The notes: a model not told the origin generated them from the letters alone. 53,187 bases of DNA from Girardia tigrina (GCA_001938485.1 MQRK01216559.1:1-53187), one strand, 5' to 3'. Numbered from the stretch's first letter, positions 38,280-52,210 are shown. Program-made: numbers and translations.

Positions 38280-41200
38280 ATGAATTGGGAACCGAATGGT
38301 AATGGAATAGGACAAATTTTACAATTACTAAATGAATCACAATCAACGGATACCAATGTTCAACGATCAGTTCAACAAGTAATAATTTTCTAATTTTACT
38401 GGACGCTATTTTAACTCGTCTCTTACTCACCCCTAAAAAATTAATCAGAAACTCGAAGAACTCAACAAATATCCGGATTTTAATCAATATTTAATTTTTA
38501 TTCTCTCCCAAATGACAGATCAAAGTAATAACCGATTAAAATTCGATAAAATTTATAAATTAAAATCAATAATAATTTCTCATTGACCCAATTTAATAGG
38601 TGACGCGACGAGAAGTCTCAGCGGTCTGATCTTGAAGAACAATCTCAAGAACTCGTACGATAAGTTCAATCCGAGCGTCATCGCCTACATCAAGAATCAG
38701 TGTCTCGTGTGCGTCAGCGACGACTCACCGATGGTGCGCGCCACCGTCGGCATCCTCATCACCACCATCGTCAGCAACGGCAAGCTAGAGACGTGGCCCG
38801 AGCTCATCCCGCGACTCATCATGTGTCTCAAGTCCAATAGCGACAATCTATGCGAGGGCGCTCTCGGCGTGCTCCAGAAGATCTGCGAGGACTCCAGTGA
38901 CCAGCTGGATAATCCGGCACTCGGGCTGCCCGTCAAGGACCTGCTGCCCGAGTTCTTTCGGTTTTTCTCCCATAAAAATCCGAAATTTCGGTTTGTTTTT
39001 TTATAATGATTATTTACAAGCCAGTGATTTGTTAACATGAAAGATAAACTATTGATTAAATTGGAATTATTTTCTGAAATTTTATAAGGAATAAATATTC
39101 ATAAATTAATTAAAAAATATTCATAAATTAATTAAAAAATATTCACAAATTAATTAAAAAATATTCATAAATTAATTTTAAAAAATTCATAAATTAATTA
39201 AAAAATATTCATAAATTAATTAAAAAATATTCACAAATTAATTAAAAAATATTCATAAATTAATTTTAAAAAATTCATAAATTAATTAAAAAATATTCAC
39301 AAATTAATTAAAAAATATTCATAAATTAATTAAAAAATAATCATAAATTAATTAAAAAATATTCATAAATTAATTAAAAAAATTCATAAATTAATTAAAA
39401 AATATTCATAAATTATTAAATAATATCAAATTAATTAATAAAAAAATCACAAATTAATAAAAAAAAATATCCGTAAATTAACAAATATTCATCAATAATT
39501 TATTGATAATGATTTCAAGTTTTAAATTACGAAATAATAAATTGTGTTTTAGATTGCATTTAATTGATCTTTAAACAACCCTTGTTAAATCTAAAGAACT
39601 CTCTAATATAATACAATACTTCATAAATGAATCATTCAGATCGACAGCCTTAGCGAGTGTCAATCAGTTCATAAATGAGAGATCAGAAACGCTCATGAAT
39701 CACATCGATGATTTCATCCAGAATTTGTTCTATTTGGCTGAAGACGAGGACCCTGAGGTACGAAAATTGGTCTGTTCAGCTCTTGTTCTATTGGTGGAGG
39801 TCCGAATCGATCGACTGATTCCTCAAATCAATAATGTGGTCGAGTTCATGCTGATGAGAACTCAAGACACTGATGAGAACATTGCACTGGAAGCTTGTGA
39901 GTTCTGGCTTTCGCTGTCCGAGCAGCCTATGTGCCAGAATGTGCTCCATCCATTCGTGAATCGATTGGTACCTGTCCTTGTTAGGGGCATGAAATATTCC
40001 GAGAATGACTTACTATTTCTACAAGTTGTTTTATCGAGTTATATTGATAATAAATGATTAATCAAAATATTGGTTGCGGTGTGTAGAACGATCTCGAGGA
40101 AGACAGTCACATTCCCGACAAAGAAAGTGATATTAGACCACGATTTCACAAAGCAAGGACTCGCACTGCGTCAAGTGTTGAGGTAATTTATTTACATTAT
40201 TATAACTAAGATATTTAATTATGACTAGTAAAAGAAACATTAATCAATATTTATTTATTTAATCATGAGAATTTTTATTCTTTGTCAAATGTATTGTTTT
40301 TATAAAAGTACATTTTTATGTCCCTATTTCTTCTACTGTTCTCCAAATATCACAATCTCGTGACTCGATAAAATCAATACCAACCTGAATTATAATTAAA
40401 TTCCCGCTTATATGACTTGTGTTTTGCCCAATTGAGTATTCATATATTTCTCTGTATATATCGATTGGAATATATCGCGATGATTTCCCTCTTTTAGAAT
40501 AAATATGGCCGACGTAATCGATAAATGTTAGAGAAGGCGTGATTGATTTAAGATCACTTCTAATGCTTATCCTGTTTGCTAAAATTTACATTTCCATAAG
40601 TGCTTATACAATCTCTGTATCCATGCACAAAACACGAGGGGTATTGCACTCATTTACGAATTAAAACAATAAGAAATTATAACAAATGAATACTAAAAAT
40701 TATTGTTGGAATATAATTAATATATTTCATGTTTTTATCATTGCAGGAGAGTGAAGATGAAGGAAAAGACGATGATTATTTGTCGAATTGGACTTTAAGA
40801 AAGTGTTCTGCAGCCGCTCTTGATGTTTTAGCTAATGTTTTTCACGATGATCTTTTGCATGTCTTGCTTCCAATTATCAGGGATACTTTAGTTTCTTCAG
40901 ATTGGTTGGTAAAAGAATCTGCGATTCTTGTTCTAGGAGCAATCGCTGAAGGTAGAAGAAATATTTACTCGCAATATTTACATTTTTTTCATAGGATGCA
41001 TGCATAGCATGGTTCAATATCTTCCAGAACTGTGTCCTTTCCTTATCAATTCGTTGAGCAATCCAAAGCCATTGGTTAGAAGTATCACCTGTTGGGCACT
41101 GAGTCGCTATGTGCATTGGATTGTCGCTCAACCGCATGAACAATATTTGAAACCTCTAATGTCAGAATTATTAAAACGTATTCTCGATCCCAATAAACGT

Positions 41201-44200
41201 GTCCAAGAAGCCGCTTGTTCAGCATTTGCCACTCTCGAAGAAGAAGCCTGCACCGAACTCGTTCCATATTTACCTGATATTCTCCAAACATTAGTTACCG
41301 CTTTTGGCAAATATCAGCACAAAAATCTATTGATACTCTACGATGCTATCGGTACACTGGCAGACTCTGTCGGCAATCACTTGAATAAAACAGTACGATT
41401 TCGCTTTTCAAATAAATTGATTTGTTATCATTCCAATGCAGGAATACGTGGAAATGTTGATGCCGCCATTATTTCACAAATGGAACCAGTTAAAGGACGA
41501 CGATAAAGATCTTTTCCCTCTTCTCGAGTGCCTGTCGAGTGTAGCCACAGCGCTGGGAGATGGTTTCATTCCTTATTCAGAACATGTTTTTCGACGTTGT
41601 ATTAAGCTTGTCGATATGACTCTCAAACTGACCTCAGTAGATATTGAATTAAACCAATTATCTTTTCTTTAACATTTGCTTTTCTCTCTTTCCAGAGTAC
41701 CTATCAGAATCCAGAATATATAGAGACTCCGGACAAAGATTTTATGGTTGTTGCTCTGGATTTGTTGAGCGGTATTACAGAGGGTCTTGGCAGAAACATT
41801 GAACCGCTTATCAGAAGCAGCAATATTATTCAATTGCTTCATCAATGTGCACAGGTTAGTGACTCGATATTTTATTTTATAATGCTTTTTCTTCCGTGAA
41901 TCACATGCTTCATTTACACATACGCATTTATGTTCCAAAAAGCTCTTTTCATTCTAAAATATATTGTGAACAATACATTTTCCTAAAAACGATCATGATT
42001 ATCTGTGACTCGGTTATTTATTGAGATAAATCTTAAGACTTTTACAATGTATGTTTAATGTTATTCATCAAACTACCACCACTTTCAATACAATCTCTGT
42101 CTTTACTAGGGCTGACAATCCCGGGATTTGTATAATAGTTCAAACTATCGGACACCTACTAATCAAACTGCTCTTTTTTGTTAAGACGACTAACATTTAC
42201 GAAACACAATGTAAACATATTTCTCAATTGCTGGTATCATAACATAATTTACAAAGATTTAAAATGATAACATAACAAACAAAGTTTCTCCAATGTTTTA
42301 TCATTTAGACTAGAGCACAGCTTTGTACGAGAATATCTCACAGAGGAAAAGACACGTTCGGCTTCAATGAAAGTTGGGGGAACAGTGAGAAGATATTTGT
42401 AGACCCAGTCCATAAAATATCCTCTTTCCCCAACATGTTCTAAAATGATAAGTTCCTTATCATCAAATCAGTTTCTACAATCGCCGTTTTCGGTTTCGTT
42501 GACACCAAGATAGCTTCTTTCAATCGAAATTTGATTAATTTCAGTCTCGATGATGTCTTTGCTGATGATATTTTCCTTCACAATTGATCGTTTAACAACT
42601 CGAGCCATGGGATCACAAAGATAGCGAACGATGTGGGTTGCGTCTGACATTCTTTCAGTTATCATAAAGATATTTATTATTCTTTACAGATATCATTTTA
42701 AAATTGATCACTTTTTAAAATCTTATTTTTGACTTTTTTTGGAAAATAATTCCAATATTAATCAATTATAAATTATAACTGATCATTGGCGGATTTTGTT
42801 ACCAAAAAGTAAAAATTTAAGTTATCAATTTTTATCTCTATGAAAACATTTTTCTGAAATCCGGGATTGTCAGCCCTAGTTGTGACTGAATGCCTCTTAT
42901 TTCAAATATTTTTCATTTCCCCTTGAACACACACAATCACAGATTCATTAGTTATTTTTATCGACTGCGATTTAATAAACCGCCAAAAATCAACTGAAAA
43001 CTATTGCTTTTAAGCCATTTAGTCTTATTGATTTACTAGAACTTAACGTGTCAATTGGAGCATGTGAATCTTGATAATCAAGAAGAGATAATTTTATTGA
43101 AAATAACTGATCTAATAAATAACCCAATCAATATCCAGGATGCTCAACCGGAAGTCAGACAAAGCAGTTTCGCACTGCTCGGGGATCTAACGAAAGCCTG
43201 TTTCCCTTTACTCCAGCCATACACTCGGGAATTCATGGAAATTATCGCTCCCAATCTCAACAGCCAGCACATCTCTGTCTCCAATAACGCAATTTGGGTT
43301 GTCGGAGAAATGTGTATGCAACTCGGTTCGGAAATGAAAATTTTTGCTCCGATGTTCGTTGAGAATCTCGTTACCATCATAAACACTCATGTCACTCCAA
43401 AAACCCTCCACGAGAACACTGCGATCACGATCGGTCGACTCGGTCTAGTTTGTCCCGAAGAAATTGCTCAGCACTTGCAATATTTCATTCGCAACTGGTT
43501 AGTGTTATTGTTCTATTTTATTCTTGTCACATGATCGATATTTCTCTTTATTTTGCACTCATCAATGACTTCTTTTTGTTATTTCTAGTAAATATTAATT
43601 GATTTTTTGCTGTAATTAATATTAATTCGATTAATATTACTTCATTTCAAATGTTATTAATAGAACTGCGAATTGTCAGGTCAATAAAATTGACATTTAA
43701 AACTTGCAGTGCAAAAACTATTTATCGAATTTATATTTTAGGTGTATTTCTTTGAGAAATATCAGAGACAACGACGAGAAAGACTCCGCTTTCCGAGGAA
43801 TATGCAATATGATCACTCTCAATCCTAACGGTGTCCTTAATGATTTCCTATTTTTCTGTGATGCAGTGGCATCCTGGAACAACCCGCGGCCAGATTTGAA
43901 GGAGATGTTTCACAAGGTACACCTTTCAATCGATTAAAACATTTACTATTGAATTTTATTTTTTAAATATAATCTAAACCAGGGGTAGTTACCCTTTTCA
44001 TACCTATCGCCCACTTGTTCTACAGTGTTGATGATTGATAAAGTAGGAAGGTTTAAACTATTTATCAAGTAGATTTGAGGACAATTACTTACTGTGTTAT
44101 AAATGAGTACCTTATAAACGCAATATCGCATCTACATGGAAATATTTTGCCCTTAACGATACGAATGGTTCGTTTATATAAACTGCACAAAGCTAATTCC

Positions 44201-46736
44201 AAATATGCATAAGAAAAAATTGAAGACCTTAGTACATTTCCTATTAAGTTTCTGTAAGTGGTTCATTCTATTGAGCTGCTGTAATGTAAGAGGATTTTAA
44301 GTAGTACTGTAAACCACAAAATAGCAAACGATGTGATGGTTAGTAAAACTTCCTGTTTGTATGAATACAAGGAGACAATAAACGATGAGAATAAGAGCAA
44401 ATAATCTGCACACATTGTTCATATTAACGTATAAAAATCGAATATGTCTGATAAAAAATTTTATTAAGCAATATTTTCAACAGGAAAAATCTTTTTATAT
44501 ATCGGAAAAAGTCTTACGGCGGTATGGACCAGGTTGACTATCACTGGTCTAAACCATGGACACAGAACAATTTAATTAACCCAAGAAGTTCGATGGAATT
44601 CGATATTTAAACCGGAGTAGAGCGTATCTTAACTGCTATATCCATTCTTTATGCTGACAGAACTTTTATTTGACCAAGAGATTTTTTCTTGATATCTTTT
44701 GCAGATGGGAAAGTGACATTTATTATTTATTCATCTATCAATACTTTTCTGCGTAATATTGACTACTTAAAAATTTATAAATAGATACTTTTCAATTAAT
44801 ATTGTCCAGGAACTCCGATGGAACCGTTTCCCCAATCCTGGGACCTTTAAACGTTTTTTGATCAAATTTTCACTCATTTATTATTATCGATAATGAGTAA
44901 GTGTGCAAAGTTTTCAGAAAATCGATTGAGTAAAAGACCTTCAAAAATAGGTTTTTAAATTCCAAGAATGGAAGTAGTAAACCAGAAACAATTTTTTTAA
45001 TCTTTTGTATTGGGTTGAGGAATAAGTTCCCGACGTTTTCTGAAAAATTAAAATTTTATTTTTTAACACAAAAGTTACTACAAATTAATCACAAATATAA
45101 TCTCCGCCATTGTTCACAACTTCTTCCCAACGTTCAACGAGTTTTTCAATGCCTCTTTGGTAGAAATCGCCCGGTCTTCTCCATCATTATTGAACGAAAC
45201 ACCACGCAAAGCGTTAGAAAGCGAACGGAAAAGATGAAAATCAGATGGATCCAAGTCAGGTGAATACGGAGGGTGCGGTAACACAACACAAAGCTCTCGG
45301 GCAGCGTCTGCGACTTGACACTCCATTTCAATGGTCTAAAAATCGACCAAAATTAATCTGAATAAGAAAAAACAAAATTCATCATTTTTAGAGCAAAACA
45401 AGAGCTTTCAAATAACATATAACATTACATCAAAAACTTAATTTAAATATTAAACTGATTAAAAATTAAAAAAACGACGGGAACTTATTCCTCAACCTAA
45501 TACAAGGGAAAATTCCATACAACAATATTTACAACTCCATTTCGCAATTAAATAGTTACTAATGACACAAGTTAATTATAAAAACATTTCTACCGTGTTT
45601 CCCCGAAAGTAAGACAGTGTCTTACTTTCTTTTTATCCCTAAAGCCCCACTATGTCTTACTTTCGGGGTATGTCTTATATTAGGAAAAAAATGTCGAATT
45701 TTTTGTTTTAACCATAAAATTAACATTTATTAACAACCTGAATAGTATTGTATTCACCACAAAACAGGTTAATAAAAGGAAGTGCCAAGAATGTCTTGTT
45801 ACAACATTGCATAACATGTAAAACAATGGCACCCTCCCCCAAGATGCGGCCCGCACCCCCAGCCCCACTCTTTGTACCGCACGTCACTGGAGGCAAATCC
45901 CCCGTGTTTCCCCGAAAGTAAGACATATGTCTTACTTTCGGGGTACGGCTTATATTAGCTGATCCTTCTGAAACTCCCGATACGTCTTACAATCGGGGGT
46001 GTCTTACTATCGGGGAAACACGGTATTTAAACATTTGTGGATAATCGTAAAACGTTTTTTTGGAAAAAACAATTTTTTTTCGATTTACTAATTGGATGAA
46101 ATTTTCACATTGTCATTTATTGTCATCGAGAATGAGTAAGTGTGCAAAGATGGGAGAAAAATAAGTTTCTAAATTCCATGGATATAGAAAGTATATCTTT
46201 ATATCTATATATCTTTATATCTATCATATATATCTATATAGAAAGTAACTGGAATGAAACAAAAAATAAAGAAAGATTAATTTTGTGGATTTGCTAAATT
46301 CGAATCAATCGGTAATTTGTTTCAGCGATATTTCATGCAGATTTACTTTCACCTAAAATCGCAATAAATAAACGCCACCAAAATAACTGACGGTTTTCAG
46401 TTCGGTTCAATTTGAAATGCGATCGACAGATTCTTTCTAATTTTCAATCTTCGCGCTTCTCTTTCGACGATAGTTGATGACATTTTTTTTCATTTACCAA
46501 GCCGACAAATCGTTATTAGACAAATAATGTCCGGTAAGAAAAGCGGGAACATTTCAATTACACTATTTGCGACAATTAGATCTTTATTAATCGTCATTTT
46601 TTTCACTTATTAACCGAATTACGTTCAGATCCTCACGGGATTCAAGGAGCAAATCGATGATCAAGCCTGGAGCACGTTCTGGGAGCAGTGTCCGCAGATG
46701 CTGCGGGACCGTCTGAATCTACAGTATCATTTGTAA
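38280..46736 (+). CDS. tnpo1: Transportin-1 (karyopherin beta-2 / importin beta-2), complete, 12 exons
   Basis: Exons 38280-38378, 38449-38524, 38600-38990, 39640-40024, 40087-40182, 40747-40951, 40995-41392, 41442-41636, 41696-41854, 43139-43497, 43742-43916, 46629-46736 (TAA) total 2646 nt, 881 aa. Motifs [110 protein letters not shown]. Confidence 0.95.
39101..39420. repeat. 22-bp AT-rich minisatellite in tnpo1 intron 3 (~14 copies)
   Basis: Unit ATAAATTAATTAAAAAATATTC with period 22; degenerates to ~39480. Confidence 0.95.
42107..42878 (-). mobile_element. Internally deleted hAT transposon with transposase dimerisation-domain relic
   Basis: TIRs TAGGGCTGACAATCCCGG / CCGGGATTGTCAGCCCTA; minus-strand [35 protein letters not shown]; TSD degenerate (GTCTTTAC/GTTGTGAC). 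Confidence 0.85.
43980..44546. mobile_element. hAT (Buster/Charlie-like) MITE
   Basis: Ends CAGGGGTAGTTACCCT / AGGTTGACTATCACTG; 8-bp TSD ATCTAAAC/GTCTAAAC. Confidence 0.82.
45010..45500 (-). mobile_element. Internally deleted mariner (DD34D) element
   Basis: TIRs TTGGGTTGAGGAATAAGTTCCCG / CGGGAACTTATTCCTCAACCTAA with TA flanks; minus-strand [21 protein letters not shown]. Confidence 0.93.
45593..46023. mobile_element. pogo/Tigger-type MITE
   Basis: TIRs CCGTGTTTCCCCGAAAGTAAGACA / TGTCTTACTATCGGGGAAACACGG with TA flanks; internal repeats of GTCTTACTTTCGGGG. Confidence 0.9.
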
Positions 46737-47399
46737 AGAGAGAGATAATTCGTCTCGCTTATGCAACTGCACGCGTCACATCTTCAACAAAAACAGAATC
46801 GAGCGAATTGTGTCGCGTTGCTTCGATTTAACCGTTTTCCAATGTGTTATGAAATGAATATTAAATGATTTGTTTGACAGTTTGTTTTTATTTTTCAAAT
46901 ATTTTTGTTTTACGATTTTATCTCATTCACTCAGTCCTGGTTCATCAAGATTTCCCATCTGTCTTTAATATTGACTTGTGCGTGTGTGTGTGATGTTGTG
47001 ACTGTATAGGCATATGCTTGTGTGTGCTGAATTATCATTGCTCAATGTTCTGTGTGGGTATAAATGTATATTGTGTGTGTGTGTATGAGCGTGATTGGTC
47101 GTTATACCGGTTGTTTGATTTTCTCTATTGACTGATTTTCCGATATATTGATTACAAATTGATAATTTTCGCGACGACAATGAGATTCTCAAATATATAT
47201 AAAATTCATCTTCTAATATCGATCGATAATCAACCGAACTTATTCCAATCATTATACTTGTTGTCGTTTGTCATGATCATATACATATATGAAAACCAGA
47301 TGGAATGAAATTCTCGCGAGACCGGCGTGCACCTGATGATATGATTGATGGATTCTAGATTTGATGAGTTGATGTTGCGTTGTGATATATTATTTTATC

Positions 47400-47405
47400 A
47401 ATAAA
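47400..47405 (+). promoter_or_regulatory. Candidate polyadenylation signal of tnpo1
   Basis: AATAAA ~660 nt after the stop, followed by T/GT-rich sequence. AT-rich context weakens specificity. Confidence 0.4.
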
Positions 47406-50400
47406 ATTTATTGTTGTATAAACAGTGTTATATTCAATGATTTATTCAATTTATCAGTGTCGGTTTTGAAAAAATAGATAGCAAAACTTATTTTATCTAT
47501 TGTCAGAGATTTGGTAGGCGACTGAAATGAAAACGTTAGATTTTGGATAATTTCGTTTAATGTGAACGTAAAATTTATACATTTAATATTAAAATATCGA
47601 TTGAGATGAAATTTTAAAGTTTTAAAAAATTATTTTGAATTTCATCTTGACAAGAAATTGAGAAGCTACCAGTTTTACTCAATTCAGTTTAAGTGAGTTA
47701 GATTTTAACTGTAGTTTCTCTTCAACAGTTACATGTATTGGCTTAGAATAAAATTGCGGCAATTCTTTTATGAAATTCAAGAAAGATTTTAAAATGTTAT
47801 GATGAATGAGAAATTTCAAATTATAAGTATTAGAAAACCAGTTTCTGTAAAAGACAATTTATTTAAACCCTTGGTGTGTATACTCCTGTGAGATCTGTTG
47901 GCACTTTCCTACCTATTTTTTTATGTACCACATCATAACGGTTTACTTTAATAAAAAAGAAAAGTTAAAAAAAATTTTCTGATTCCATTTTGACATTAAA
48001 CAAAGCAAATATAGAAAATGAAATTAGATTTAATTTATAGTGTTTAAAGTTTAAAAACAAACTGAAACTAATTATTATAAGAGACCAAATAAAGGTAAAT
48101 TTAAAGGTGTATGATTAAAATAGAGCAGTGTCATTTAAATTGTGTACTTATTTTTTTGCAGTGAATACATATATAATTTGAATGTCATTGTAATTGTTAT
48201 GAATTATTATTGCGTTAATGTATTTCATTAGTTATGAAATATTCTACTTTTCAAAAGTCATTGAAAAAATTCTCGATTATGAGAATTTATTAAAATACAA
48301 ATATGTGTTTAAAGCTTTAAAATAATTTGGTTAGTTAAATATAAACAAAAATGACCCAGTTAAAATAATCAATATTATGTAAAGGCGTGACCCGACAAAA
48401 GAGCCACCAAAACAAAAACACCTAACGAAAATTATGAAAATTTGTTGTTTTTAATTTTTAAGTTATATTATATTTTAGAATTGTATGTTTGGTTTTTGAA
48501 AAAAATAAAATATTTGAAATGGATGATTATGTAATTAATTTTGTAAAATTAATAAAAAACTCCTAATAAATTGACAATAAATTTCATAGTAATTTAGTCT
48601 ATAAAAAGTTATGTTTGTCATACATTTCATCTAAATTTTTAATACCCTTTTAAGTCATATATCAGTTTTAGTGTAAAAATTTCAGTTATACAAGGAACGT
48701 AACTATAATACCATAAAAACCGCAAGTCTAGCATATACAATTATTTTTCTCTTGAATTTTTAAGCTAAACCTTGAAAATTCAAAACCTTGCTAATTCACA
48801 GAATTCAATAATTAAAACATAGATCAAATAGTTTGATTCTTAGAAACCTTCTCTTTCAATCTAAAGAAAAAATTGATGTCCTTATTATCATGGGTTAGAA
48901 TTTTATTCTTGATATGGTTGTCCAACTCTGGAGACTTCATCAAATCATTAGAAAGTGATATTTTACAAAAAGGTACAGAAGATATATTTCGTCATGTATG
49001 AAATCGTACTTCTAGTACCCACATTAATATTTCTAACACTTTACAATAAAAAACTATTTTTTTTAGAAAAAAACAGTTGGAATTTCCAGTTGAAAAATTC
49101 ACAATTTAAAATTAAATTAAATTAAATAACTATATATACTTATAATTTAATTTAAAATAATAATAAATGTAATTGAGCAAAATTATAATTAACTTTAAAG
49201 TATTATTAATTTTATTTTTTTCAATTTGATTAAATTATTTCATTTATATGTAAAAAAAATCATAGGCGGTGTCAATTGTAGTACCATTAAAATTTCATTT
49301 AAAAATCATAATAACAAAATTTATGCAAAATTTGCATTGACAATACAAGAATACATTTACTATATAATGAGACTTAGTGTTTCAGTAGCGTAGGAATTCA
49401 AAGTCAACAATAAATTCTAGTTTTTTGAAATTAATTTTAACCACCAGGGGATATCTTAACCCTGGTTAAGAACCACTGATGAATAATAATAAATAAAGTA
49501 TAATGAATAGTCTTTAAATAGTCTCTATTTTAAAAATCGTTTCAAAATTTGAAAAAAATCTCACCAAATTTTTAATTTAAGGATATTATAATTTGTCAAT
49601 ATACTTCAATGTTTGTTACTACCAATCACAGTAAAATTGCAAAAAAGTTGTCTATCAAGAACATAAGTACTTTAATTTAATAAATATCATTGTTTAAAAA
49701 GTGCTTATTTAAAATTTATTATTCATTTGAATCAAAATTAAAAATTTCTTTCTTTCTCGCGAAAAAAAAAATCCATCAACATTTTCAAATATTTTGAATT
49801 TTGTATTCATAAAAAAATAATATTTAACTTAATTTGTTTAAATGATTTAGTTTCATAATTATAAGTTACCGATTTTGTGTTTTGAAAAAATGGATTCGGG
49901 CAATGTAAACACATTTTTACAAACAATCGACTCAAATTTATCAAAATCGGATAATAATAATAAAAAGAAAATGAATTTCTTGAAAGAACAAGTATTCTTT
50001 TTCGAATTCCAAATCATTCTGGAATAATAGTAATATGAATCGTCAGGATCTATTTTTACCAATTGCGAATATTTCAAAAATAATGAAAAAAGATTTACCG
50101 ATTACCGCAAAAGTATTTTTTTTAATTCGAACTACGGCAATACGTACATATTGCACCTCAATTACGGAATGGTTTATTGATCCACATTTTTACAATTATT
50201 TTTTAAATGATTAATCATTATTTTTCATAATACCGAATTTGTCATAGTTCTGTTCTGGCCATGATTGTACTACATAATCCACCACTGCATTACTACTCAA
50301 AATCATAATCAAACTTAATTTAGTATGTTAGGAATTAAGAAATGTTATTAAAAGTCAGGCGCGTACAATAAAAATATTTAGGGGGGAATAATGTTACATA

Positions 50401-50708
50401 ATATTCATTTTCTTTTTCGAGTTTTTATTTTTACATTTAAAAAAATTAGAAAAAGAATATTATTCAAATAATAAAATTTATAATACCATCGAACTGCCGC
50501 TAATACAACTAATATAACTTGGCCAATGTTCATATCTGGCTTCTATAGATAGGAGGATTTTGTTATCTGCAGCATGAATAATGTTTTGAGGAAGAAAAAT
50601 TTCTATGTTCTACAAAACTTATACGTAATTAGGACCACAATTAGAATTTTTCTGGGGGATTTTCTTAAATTTTCAAAATATTTTTTGTTTCGGATAGTTC
50701 ACAAATTA

Positions 50709-52210
50709 GGTGAGGCGACTTTTCCGCGGCGACTTTACCGCGGGCGACTTTACAGCGGGCGACTTTACAGCGGGCGACTTTACCGCGGATTTTTTTCAGA
50801 ATAAAATATTAAAAATTTTTAATATTGATATTAAATAATTAAATAAATTTAATTTTCTTAAAAATTTTTTATTAAGATATTTTTTGCCATTNNNNNNNNN
50901 NNNNNNNNNNNNNNNNNNNNNNNNNNNNNNNNNNNNNNNNNNNNNNNNNNNNNNNNNNNNNNNNNNNNNNNNNNNNNNNNNNNNNNNNNNNNNNNNNNNN
51001 NNNNNNNNNNNNNNNNNNNNNNNNNNNNNNNNNNNNNNNNNNNNNNNNNNNNNNNNNNNNNNNNNNNNNNNNNNNNNNNNNNNNNNNNNNNNNNNNNNNN
51101 NNNNNNNNNNNNNNNNNNNNNNNNNNNNNNNNNNNNNNNNNNNNNNNNNNNNNNNNNNNNNNNNNNNNNNNNNNNNNNNNNNNNNNNNNNNNNNNNNNNN
51201 NNNNNNNNNNNNNNNNNNNNNNNNNNNNNNNNNNNNNNNNNNNNNNNNNNNNNNNNNNNNNNNNNNNNNNNNNNNNNNNNNNNNNNNNNNNNNNNNNNNN
51301 NNNNNNNNNNNNNNNNNNNNNNNNNNNNNNNNNNNNNNNNNNNNNNNNNNNNNNNNNNNNNNNNNNNNNNNNNNNNNNNNNNNNNNNNNNNNNNNNNNNN
51401 NNNNNNNNNNNNNNNNNNNNNNNNNNNNNNNNNNNNNNNNNNNNNNNNNNNNNNNNNNNNNNNNNNNNNNNNNNNNNNNNNNNNNNNNNNNNNTATGGAT
51501 GGGACATTCTCTGTCACCCCTCGATTATTTTACCAAGTTTATACTATACATGCTTTAAAATCAAACAAAGTATTCCCTCTTGTTTATGCATTGATGACCA
51601 ATAAAACTCAATAAAATTATACTCGTATGTTTGAAGAGCTTTTAAGACAACAACCAAATTTAAATCCACAAACTATTATGATGGATTCTGAAAAAGGAGC
51701 AATGAATGCTGTTTCTACTGTATTTTGCAATGCTACTGTTAAAGGCTGTTTTTTNNNNNNNNNNNNNNNNNNNNNNNNNNNNNNNNNNNNNNNNNNNNNN
51801 NNNNNNNNNNNNNNNNNNNNNNNNNNNNNNNNNNNNNNNNNNNNNNNNNNNNNNNNNNNNNNNNNNNNNNNNNNNNNNNNNNNNNNNNNNNNNNNNNNNN
51901 NNNNNNNNNNNNNNNNNNNNNNNNNNNNNNNNNNNNNNNNNTGATGTCTTTGCATATTTTGAGGATACATATATTGGCCGTGCTCGTGGAGAACGAAGAT
52001 TACGTCCTCGATATTCAATTCAGTGTTGGAATGTATATGACCGCGTTATTTCTCATCTACCTCGCAATAGAAGGTTGGCATCGTGCGTTTCAAAATTCTA
52101 TTACTTGCAATCACAAATTTTTATTCATATTTTAGATGACATTGTTCACTTATTGACATTTTTGTTGTAAATTTTCTGCGGTAAAGTCGCCGCGGTAAAG
52201 TCGGCGTACC
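50709..52210 (+). mobile_element. Mutator-like (MULE) element, defective, with N gaps
   Basis: Perfect 9-bp TSD CACAAATTA (50700-50708, 52211-52219); TIRs built from GGCGACTTTACCGCG repeats. Relic YMDGTFS..PLVYALMTNK..NPQTIMMDSEKGAMNAVSTVF..VKGCF..FAYFEDTYIG..WNVY. Confidence 0.92.

Noticed and set aside
40498-40513. AG/GT-flanked 16-nt segment in the tnpo1 H8-loop intron
   Set aside because: Not a multiple of three and no compensating partner was found; likely chance.
38697-43411. Minus-strand ORFs over tnpo1 exons
   Set aside because: Antisense shadows of coding exons with no recognisable motifs.
50714-50790. 15-bp tandem repeats superficially like a CRISPR or iteron array
   Set aside because: No unique spacers; they are the TIR of a MULE with a 9-bp TSD in a eukaryotic genome.
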